Below, one piece after another: positions 57,589 to 64,000 of a DNA stretch of 64,000 nt; the first letter of the stretch is position 1, and each line of letters opens with the position of its first letter. Location: assembly GCA_016204045.1 (NCBI GenBank), contig JACQLQ010000001.1:193579-257578 (forward strand), in the 5' to 3' direction. A program made the translations under genes and the position numbers. A model generated the notes under the pieces. The model ran no database searches and was not told the origin of the DNA. It saw only the letters and a program-made list of their open reading frames with translations. This DNA comes from Parcubacteria group bacterium. Its GTDB lineage: Bacteria; Patescibacteriota; Minisyncoccia; Phycocordibacterales; UBA2135.

Positions 57589-59484
57589 TTGACTTTTCTC
57601 GTTTATTCCACTATAGTTTTTTGGGGCAACATGCTCCAGAGAGGAGTATACGGAATGTACTTTTGGATCTACGGCGTTCTCGCTGCAGTTCTCACATTCG
57701 TAGGGTTCGCACTTGCTGACCCTGAATCAAAGTCTGATAGAGTCTGGATTCCTATTGTTGCTGGTATTTTCTTTGGCTTGCTTGGCTGGCTCTTTATGCC
57801 AGTCTTCGCCTGGAACTTCTACGAGAATTGGATCTTGCTCCTACTTCTCGGCGTCTGTCTTGTTGTCGGAGTGTATGGGAGACGCGGTAGTTATGAGGAG
57901 GAAGTCTCTAAGTTTGCACTTGTGCTGATTGGCTTAGCCGCCATGGGGATTATGGTGATAATGCCACTCACGACTTGGAGCTTGCTACATGCTGATAGCT
58001 ATCGCAAACTCCTCGGTACGCCTGTCGAAAGCCAGTTCAGTGCAGATGTTTCCCCGGTCGACAGCACCCAGTATCGCATTGTCGATGCCGGGTATGCTCT
58101 CCAGATTGGCAACAAACGCGTCGAAGGAGTTCCTGGACTAGGTTCACGTGTCGACCTCGACACGCTGACCATCCAAAGAGTCAACGGCTGCTTCAGTGTA
58201 CTTGATGATGAGGGCGTTGAGGAAGAGCTCTGCTTCAACGATAAGCTCGTTTGGGTAGGTCCTCTTGCACACTCAGGGTTCTTCAAGTGGTGGGCGAACA
58301 ATGTCACCCCTGGCTATGTCATGGTGAGTGCGACTGATCCATCAAACGTCCATCTGGTTACGGCGATTAAGCCGCATACTTCTATGGTCGCCAGTGGGCG
58401 TACAGAGCCGGCAAGGATGGGCACTCCCGTCACTCGTCCGAATGGATACACCGATCTTGCCATTCGCTACTTCCACAAGGGTGGATACTTTGGTGACTAT
58501 ATCGTTCGGCACTTGCGCACGAATGGCTACGCATCGATGGGGTTGATAGACTATGTTTTCGAGATTGATGACAATGGTCGCCCATACTGGGTCGTCACCA
58601 AGTTCGAGCGGAGAGTTGGATTCAGCGGCGAGGATACGGTCGGCGTCGTCGTGATTGACGCCCAAACGGGTGAGATCAGCGATTATTCTCTCGCAAATAC
58701 GCCTGCGTGGGTTGATCGCATGCAGCCGGAAGACATCGTGACCGCGCAGCTCGACAATTGGGGAGACTTTGTCCATGGCTTTTGGAATGCCCTCTTCGCG
58801 AAACGTGACGTGGTAGAGACTACTCCTGGTATGGAGTTGGTCTACGGCGCCGATGGCAAAGCCTACTGGTATTCGGGCATACAGTCGGGGTCTGGTTCTG
58901 CCCAAGCGACGAACAGCTTTGTGATGGTGAATGCTCGTACAAAAGAAGTTCGCCGTTACATGGTTGCTGGCGCAAGCGAGCAGGCAGCGCAGGCTTCGGC
59001 ACAGAACGCAAAGGGCGTTCGCGAGGCTGGGTTTACGGCCTCATCCCCGATTCTCTACAATGTTGGCGGCGAGCCCACGTATTTCATGCCCCTAAAGGGT
59101 GGTGATGGGCTCGTGAAGATGTTTGCGTTCGTAAGTGTTGCAAACTATGAAGTGACGGGTGTCGGCCGCACTGTCCCAGAAGCGCTTCGGGATTACCAAG
59201 TTGCGCTCGTGAACCGCGGCAGAAATGTCCGCATTGATGATGTAGTGCAGCGTAAGCGCATCGAGACGTTTGTGGTAGCGGTCGCCAAAGAGGGTGACTT
59301 CTATTACCTTCGCCTTGAGGGTCAAGTTGGCCAGGAGTTCTTCGCGTCATCCAACGTGAGCCCGGAGCTCAAGTGGACGATGGTTGGTCACGCTGTGGTG
59401 ATTGAGGTTGATGTCGGAGAATCGCCCAGTGTTCCCATTGTGCGATTCGACAACAAAGATCTTGCCATCTCGACCTTTAATTAA
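57589..59484 (+). CDS. large membrane-anchored protein (4 N-terminal TM helices plus an extracytoplasmic domain of about 450 aa), hypothetical
   Basis: Long ORF, no recognisable domain. The real start may be 57633. Confidence 0.6.
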   Translation: MTFLVYSTIVFWGNMLQRGVYGMYFWIYGVLAAVLTFVGFALADPESKSDRVWIPIVAGIFFGLLGWLFMPVFAWNFYENWILLLLLGVCLVVGVYGRRGSYEEEVSKFALVLIGLAAMGIMVIMPLTTWSLLHADSYRKLLGTPVESQFSADVSPVDSTQYRIVDAGYALQIGNKRVEGVPGLGSRVDLDTLTIQRVNGCFSVLDDEGVEEELCFNDKLVWVGPLAHSGFFKWWANNVTPGYVMVSATDPSNVHLVTAIKPHTSMVASGRTEPARMGTPVTRPNGYTDLAIRYFHKGGYFGDYIVRHLRTNGYASMGLIDYVFEIDDNGRPYWVVTKFERRVGFSGEDTVGVVVIDAQTGEISDYSLANTPAWVDRMQPEDIVTAQLDNWGDFVHGFWNALFAKRDVVETTPGMELVYGADGKAYWYSGIQSGSGSAQATNSFVMVNARTKEVRRYMVAGASEQAAQASAQNAKGVREAGFTASSPILYNVGGEPTYFMPLKGGDGLVKMFAFVSVANYEVTGVGRTVPEALRDYQVALVNRGRNVRIDDVVQRKRIETFVVAVAKEGDFYYLRLEGQVGQEFFASSNVSPELKWTMVGHAVVIEVDVGESPSVPIVRFDNKDLAISTFN

Positions 59485-59542
59485 GTTTTTGACTATCGCT
59501 AGCCGTTCGGGTTATCCCGGCGGCTTTTTTATGCACACATAG

Positions 59543-59570
59543 TTGACCCTTGGGGAGACGTGTGTAGAAT
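59543..59570 (+). promoter_or_regulatory. sigma70-like promoter TTGACC-N16-TAGAAT driving the tRNA array
   Basis: -35 box at 59543-59548 and -10 box at 59565-59570, about 70 nt upstream of the first tRNA. Confidence 0.5.
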
Positions 59571-59642
59571 TGTATACTGATACGAGGGCAGGGGGTCCGA
59601 TTCAAACCGGACAGGTCGCGGGCACACCCCCCACCAAAACAG

Positions 59643-59714
59643 CCCGGAGTAGCTCAGTGGTAGAGCATCTCACTCATAAAGAGAAGGTCGTGAGTTCGAT
59701 CCTCACCTCCGGGA
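59643..59714 (+). tRNA. tRNA with anticodon CAU (elongator Met or lysidine-type Ile2; 1:72 paired)
   Basis: Acceptor cccggag/ctccggg. D-arm gctc-agtggta-gagc. Loop cuCAUaa. T-arm gtgag-ttcgatc-ctcac. Discriminator A. Confidence 0.75.
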
Positions 59715-59833
59715 CAAGAAGAAGATGTTATTTGGTGTGGGGGGTGTGAAATCCCCGTCACCGTCATAAAAAAGAACGCTGGACGAGTCTATGAAATCAG
59801 AGTAAGCTATGTAAACGTGTAAAGTGTAGTCAT

Positions 59834-59908
59834 GCGGGTGTGGTGTAGCCTGGTTAACACATCCCCCTGTCACGGGGAAGATCGTGGGTTCAAATCCCAT
59901 CGCCCGCG
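59834..59908 (+). tRNA. tRNA-Asp (GUC)
   Basis: Acceptor gcgggtg/cgcccgc. Anticodon stem tcccc/gggga with loop cuGUCac. T-loop ttcaaat. Discriminator G. Confidence 0.85.
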
Positions 59909-59915
59909 CATAGAC

Positions 59916-59950
59916 AAAAACCGCCCCGACGTTACGTCGGGGCGGTTTTT
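59916..59950 (+). terminator. intrinsic terminator (aaaaaccgccccgacg-ttac-gtcggggcggttttt)
   Basis: 11-bp GC stem followed by a T-run, after tRNA-Asp. Confidence 0.8.
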
Positions 59951-59989
59951 GCGTAATCGCTGAAAATCGCATATTATGATGAGGTCGCC

Positions 59990-60061
59990 GCCGGAGTAGT
60001 TCAGTGGTAGAACGCCATCTTGGTAAGATGGAGGTCGAGGGTTCGATTCCCTCCTCCGGCT
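59990..60061 (+). tRNA. tRNA-Thr (GGU)
   Basis: Acceptor gccggag/ctccggc. Anticodon stem ccatc/gatgg with loop uuGGUaa. T-arm gaggg-ttcgatt-ccctc. Discriminator U. Confidence 0.85.
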
Positions 60062-60143
60062 TTGATTGAAAGGGTATTCCATCCCAAAATGACGACCACT
60101 TTTAGAGTTTGATATTGGTCGCCGATTCGGGTATAATGAGGAG

Positions 60144-60566
60144 ATGCCAAACCCAAAGAAACCCAGGGAAGACTGTTTAAACTGCGGAGAAGAGACTGCT
60201 CGTGCAGGATATAAGTACTGCAGCAATAAATGTCAGCATGCGTATCAGTATGAAAAATATATCAAAAAATGGAAGGCTGGAGAGGTGGGTGGTTTAATTA
60301 ACATCGGAGTAGTTTCCACTCATGTAAAAAAGTACTTGCGGAAAAAGTTTGGAAATAAGTGTTGCTTGTGCGGATGGGCAAAAGTTAATCCAAAAAGCAG
60401 GCTAGTTCCCCTGGTTGCTGATCATATAGATGGCAATTGGCGGAACAATAAAGAGACCAACTTGCGTCTTTTGTGCCCCAATTGTGATTCTCTAACTCCA
60501 ACGTATGCTGCACTAAACATAGGGCGTGGAAGGAATGGCCGAGCGTTGAGTAAGCGCGCAAAATAA
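60144..60566 (+). CDS. HNH endonuclease with an N-terminal Cys4 zinc finger
   Basis: The protein contains CLNCGEE followed by CSNKCQ, followed by an HNH core CCLCGW...DHIDGNWRNN...LRLLCPNC. Confidence 0.75.
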   Translation: MPNPKKPREDCLNCGEETARAGYKYCSNKCQHAYQYEKYIKKWKAGEVGGLINIGVVSTHVKKYLRKKFGNKCCLCGWAKVNPKSRLVPLVADHIDGNWRNNKETNLRLLCPNCDSLTPTYAALNIGRGRNGRALSKRAK

Positions 60567-60580
60567 GCCCGTAAACTGCT

Positions 60581-60609
60581 TTCCCGTAATAGATAAAGTA
60601 GGCTATAAT
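60581..60609 (+). promoter_or_regulatory. TATAAT -10 box (60604-60609) with a weak TTCCCG -35, 10 nt upstream of tRNA-Thr(CGU)
   Basis: Sequence ggcTATAATgcaagtt followed by the tRNA. Confidence 0.35.
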
Positions 60610-60618
60610 GCAAGTTGC

Positions 60619-60691
60619 GCCAGAGTAGCTCAGTTGGTAGAGCGGACGCTTCGTAAGCGTCAGGCCGTCGGTTCAATCCCGACCTCTGGCT
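60619..60691 (+). tRNA. tRNA-Thr (CGU)
   Basis: Acceptor gccagag/ctctggc. D-arm gctc-agttggta-gagc. Loop uuCGUaa. T-arm gtcgg-ttcaatc-ccgac. Confidence 0.85.
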
Positions 60692-60725
60692 TCAGGGTTT
60701 AAAAAGTAACCAACGCCCAACAATC

Positions 60726-61175
60726 ATGAGAAACATCATAGTTATCGGGGGGATTATCGTACTGCTTGTCGCAGGAGTGTGGTGGTCGCGTTCGGCGTCT
60801 ACAGACAAGGGGGAGGTTATCTCGAAGAGCGGTATCCACTGGCACTCGACTCTCCATGTCTACAACAAGGGAGAAAAGATGGCCATCCCGGCGGACATAG
60901 GAGTTGGTCCACAGTACGCCAGCGTGAGAACTTTTGACACGCAAATGGGTATGGCCGCAGTACACACGCATGCTGCAGACGGTGTCATTCACCTTGAGTT
61001 CCCAGGCATGGTGCTAGAGGAAGACACAACACTCGGCAACTTCTTTGCTATATGGGGTAGGGACAGTATGGATTTCGGTTCCTCCGTACGCATGACGGTA
61101 AACGGAGAGGAGAGCGAAGAACTCCTTAATTATCGGATGAGAGACGGAGACGTTATAGAATTGCGATATGAGTAA
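60726..61175 (+). CDS. signal-anchored hypothetical protein (149 aa)
   Basis: N-terminal TM helix IIVIGGIIVLLVAGVWW. No recognisable domain. Confidence 0.5.
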   Translation: MRNIIVIGGIIVLLVAGVWWSRSASTDKGEVISKSGIHWHSTLHVYNKGEKMAIPADIGVGPQYASVRTFDTQMGMAAVHTHAADGVIHLEFPGMVLEEDTTLGNFFAIWGRDSMDFGSSVRMTVNGEESEELLNYRMRDGDVIELRYE

Positions 61176-61217
61176 CGGTTCGTTCTCAAAGAACAATTTT
61201 TAGAGTATAATAGTACA

Positions 61218-62099
61218 ATGAAAGGGAGGGAACAGATTGAAAAACGTCTTGCCGAGATTGAGAAAGAGATGGGGGCAAGCGATTTCTGGCAAGACAAGGA
61301 TCGTGCTCAGAAAGTCGTCAAAGAGTACAATGAACTGAAAGAAGGAGCTCTAGGTGTCGGTAAGCATGATAAAGGCAATGCAATCCTAACCATTTTCGCA
61401 GGCGCGGGAGGGGATGATGCGGAAGACTTTGCTCGCATGCTTTTCCAAATGTACCGCGTTTTTATTGAAAACAGCGGATGGGAGCTCTTTATACTTCATA
61501 AAAACGAGAATGACCACAACGGGTTTAGAAATATCACCTTCGATGTTCGTGGTAAGGGGGCATATGGTATATTAAAAAACGAAGCAGGGGTACACCGACT
61601 GGTTCGCATTTCACCTTTTTCGGCAAAAAAGCAAAGGCACACGTCATTTGCCATGGTTGACGTCATTCCAGAAATTCCCAAAGCAGAGGCGGTGGAGATT
61701 CCGGAGGGGGACATACGTGTTGAGTTCGCGCGCTCAAGCGGGCCCGGCGGACAAAACGTCAATAAACGTGAGACAGCAGTCAGGATTGTGCACCTTCCCA
61801 CCAACATTGCGGTTCATGTCGAGTCCGAGCGGTCGCAAGAGCGCAACCGAGATAGGGCGCTCGAGATCCTCCGTGGTAAACTCTACCGTAGGAAAGAAGA
61901 AGAGGCGGCGAGCGAGGAGGCGAAGTACCACGTCTCGAAGACCACCGAGGCAGAATGGGGGAGTCAGATGCGCTCCTACGTTCTTCACCCATACAAATTG
62001 GTCAAAGATCATCGCACTGACGTCGAGGTCCGGGATACAGAGGCGGTGCTTGAGCGAGGTGAGTTAGGACCATTTATTGAAGCAGAGAAAGATTTGTAA
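61218..62099 (+). CDS. prfB: peptide chain release factor 2 (short form, 293 aa, no programmed frameshift site)
   Basis: SPF tripeptide (RF2 stop-codon discriminator) and GGQ motif (SGPGGQNVNK). Confidence 0.85.
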   Translation: MKGREQIEKRLAEIEKEMGASDFWQDKDRAQKVVKEYNELKEGALGVGKHDKGNAILTIFAGAGGDDAEDFARMLFQMYRVFIENSGWELFILHKNENDHNGFRNITFDVRGKGAYGILKNEAGVHRLVRISPFSAKKQRHTSFAMVDVIPEIPKAEAVEIPEGDIRVEFARSSGPGGQNVNKRETAVRIVHLPTNIAVHVESERSQERNRDRALEILRGKLYRRKEEEAASEEAKYHVSKTTEAEWGSQMRSYVLHPYKLVKDHRTDVEVRDTEAVLERGELGPFIEAEKDL

Positions 62100-62103
62100 T
62101 GAA

Positions 62104-62784
62104 ATGATCCACTTCGATAACGTTTCAAAAGTATACTCTGATAATGCAAAAGCGCTCGACAGCGTCACTTTTTCGGTCGCCCCCGGGGAGTTTGTCTCCG
62201 TTGTGGGTCATTCCGGCGCAGGCAAATCAACACTCCTCAAAATGCTTTTGCTCGAAGAATGGCCAAGTTCTGGCACAGTCTTTTTTGAGTCGAATGATGT
62301 ACACGGACTTCATTCTCGGGACATCCCCGCGTATCGTCGAAAGATTGGCGTCGTGTTTCAGGACTTTCGTCTCCTTCCGCACAAAACAGCATATGAAAAT
62401 ATTGCATTTGCCATGGAGGTTGCTGGTCGCACTGATGAAGAAATCGCATCTGATGTTCCAGAGGTTCTTAAGCTTGTTGATTTAGGAGACAAGATGTGGA
62501 ACTTCCCGGATGAACTTTCAGGAGGCGAGAAACAGCGCGTTGCCATTGCGCGGGCAATTATCAATCAACCGGACGTCATTTTGGCCGATGAGCCAACAGG
62601 CAACCTAGATCCAAAGAATACCAAAGAGATCGTAGAGATACTTCAGCACATTAACGAGCTTGGCACGACTATCGTTTTGACTACGCACAACAAGGGCGTC
62701 ATTGATTCGCTCGGCAAACGCGTGATTACTATGGAGCGAGGCAAAATCGTTCGGGACGACAAAAAGGGGAGATACGTTTTGTAA
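62104..62784 (+). CDS. ftsE: cell-division ABC ATPase FtsE
   Basis: Walker A GHSGAGKST. ABC signature LSGGEKQRVAIARA. Walker B ILADEPTGNLD. Confidence 0.9.
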   Translation: MIHFDNVSKVYSDNAKALDSVTFSVAPGEFVSVVGHSGAGKSTLLKMLLLEEWPSSGTVFFESNDVHGLHSRDIPAYRRKIGVVFQDFRLLPHKTAYENIAFAMEVAGRTDEEIASDVPEVLKLVDLGDKMWNFPDELSGGEKQRVAIARAIINQPDVILADEPTGNLDPKNTKEIVEILQHINELGTTIVLTTHNKGVIDSLGKRVITMERGKIVRDDKKGRYVL

Positions 62785-62820
62785 TGACTAATTCCTAATT
62801 TCTAATTATTAACGAAGCCT

Positions 62821-63759
62821 ATGTTCACTGATTTTAAGCGCGTCATTAGAGCGGGTATACTCAACTTCTTTCGCAATGGATTTGTTTCCCTTGCGTCGGT
62901 TTTGGTTTTGACGATTACACTCTTCATGATCGGTTCACTCGTTTTCTTCAGTGCAATAATGGAGACGGCCCTCGCGCAAATCAAAGACAAGGTAGACGTT
63001 AACGTGTATTTCTTGACCGGCGCCGAAGAGGCAGCAATCCTCGCTTTGCAAAAAGAACTCTCCACACTCCCCGAGATCGAAAAGGTGACCTACACCTCGA
63101 AGGAGGATGCCCTCGCGCTATTTAAAGACCGACACTCAAACGACATTTTGACCCTCCAAGCCTTGGAGGAGCTTGGTGAGAACCCGCTGGGTGCGAGTCT
63201 GAATATTAAAGCCAAAGACGCAGAGCAGTACGCGTCTATCGCGCGTTTCCTGGAAAACAAAAATACCGAAGCACCCGCAGGCGAGCGCATTATCGACAAG
63301 GTCAACTACTACCAAAACAAAGTGGTCATCGACCGCCTTGCTCGCGTCATCGACAGCGCAGAGACTCTGGGCATCGCAATCGTCGCCATCCTCGCCTTCA
63401 TATCCCTCATCATCACCTTTAATACCATTCGTCTCGCTATCTACACGGCGCGCGAAGAGATTTCTGTCATGCGCCTTGTCGGTGCAGAGAAACGCTACAT
63501 TCGAGGGCCTTTTCTTGTCGAAGGGTTTCTCCATGGGGTCATTTCTGCGGTTATCGTCCTCGTCCTCTTCTTTCCGCTTACCTACTATCTTGGAGGACCG
63601 ACTGCGCGCTTTTTTGGCGGCGTCAATGTATACGAGTACTACCTTGGAAACTTTGGCGAACTCTTCCTCATCGTCGTTCTCTCCGGCATCGCACTTGGTA
63701 TTGGTTCAAGCTTCATCGCAGTTCGCAGATACATCACCAAGAAATATTTGAAACACTAA
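62821..63759 (+). CDS. ftsX: cell-division permease-like protein FtsX
   Basis: FtsX topology: TM1, a large extracytoplasmic loop, then 3 C-terminal TM helices. Follows ftsE. Confidence 0.85.
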   Translation: MFTDFKRVIRAGILNFFRNGFVSLASVLVLTITLFMIGSLVFFSAIMETALAQIKDKVDVNVYFLTGAEEAAILALQKELSTLPEIEKVTYTSKEDALALFKDRHSNDILTLQALEELGENPLGASLNIKAKDAEQYASIARFLENKNTEAPAGERIIDKVNYYQNKVVIDRLARVIDSAETLGIAIVAILAFISLIITFNTIRLAIYTAREEISVMRLVGAEKRYIRGPFLVEGFLHGVISAVIVLVLFFPLTYYLGGPTARFFGGVNVYEYYLGNFGELFLIVVLSGIALGIGSSFIAVRRYITKKYLKH

Positions 63760-63789
63760 GCATTAAAGCGCAGCACTGTACAAAGCCAC

Positions 63790-64000
63790 ATGTCTTCTAA
63801 AAAACATAAATATATCTTCGTAATCGGCGGTGTCATGTCCGGCGTCGGCAAGGGTATTGCCGCTGCTTCAATGGGGCGGATTCTTCAGGGCAAAGGGTTC
63901 AAGGTCAACGCCATCAAGATCGACCCGTATTTGAATGTGGACGCGGGGACGATGAACCCAACTGAACACGGCGAAGTGTTCGTGCTTGGTTCCGGGCTTG
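63790..64000 (+). CDS. pyrG: CTP synthase, N-terminal fragment; the gene continues past the window end
   Basis: Begins [20 protein letters not shown]...[21 protein letters not shown], the canonical CTP synthase N-terminus. Confidence 0.9.
   Translation, partial: MSSKKHKYIFVIGGVMSGVGKGIAAASMGRILQGKGFKVNAIKIDPYLNVDAGTMNPTEHGEVFVLGSGL

Overview
This 64 kb window is gene-dense (about 75 CDS, 9 tRNA genes and 1 tmRNA) and comes from a small-genome bacterium. It uses the standard code with TGA as a stop, read directly from gene ends. I infer a Patescibacteria/CPR-like origin from the compact housekeeping set plus a complete type IV pilus/competence module, but I cannot confirm this without a database search.

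Order of recognisable content along the window:
- M13 metallopeptidase C-terminal fragment, then smpB and ssrA (tmRNA).
- YhbQ-like GIY-YIG protein, GrpB, DUF1653.
- A GC-rich two-gene cassette of unknown function.
- kbl-tdh threonine catabolism operon.
- A two-component system (response regulator, membrane protein, histidine kinase), an AlaDH/PNT-family dehydrogenase and ftsH.
- An unusual nested tRNA locus (treated below).
- corA, an MFS transporter, DoxX.
- A 840-aa secreted protein built from at least 8 copies of a 4-Cys module that I do not recognise.
- ClpP-like protease, recG, a membrane fatty-acid desaturase.
- A block of membrane proteins, a 2-deoxyribosyltransferase-like protein, GNAT and two methyltransferases, a CaCA exchanger.
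- An AT-rich accessory island with a SET-domain protein that abuts tRNA-Ser(GCU) and carries partial tRNA 3'-end repeats.
- Secreted amidohydrolase and an ABC-like ATPase, comF.
- The pilus module pilMNO(P)B, a CheY-like regulator, pilT, pilC, major pilin, pilD and four minor pilins, followed by ligA.
- A GC-rich catabolic block: aldehyde dehydrogenase, DapA-family lyase, LigB-like extradiol dioxygenase and a VOC enzyme.
- gatCA, a tRNA array interrupted by an HNH endonuclease, prfB (short, no frameshift site), ftsEX and the start of pyrG.

The most interesting structure is at 14088-14313. A complete tRNA(UAU) gene sits inside the anticodon loop of a second, intron-split tRNA-like gene, and the two halves of the outer gene have compensatory acceptor-stem changes.
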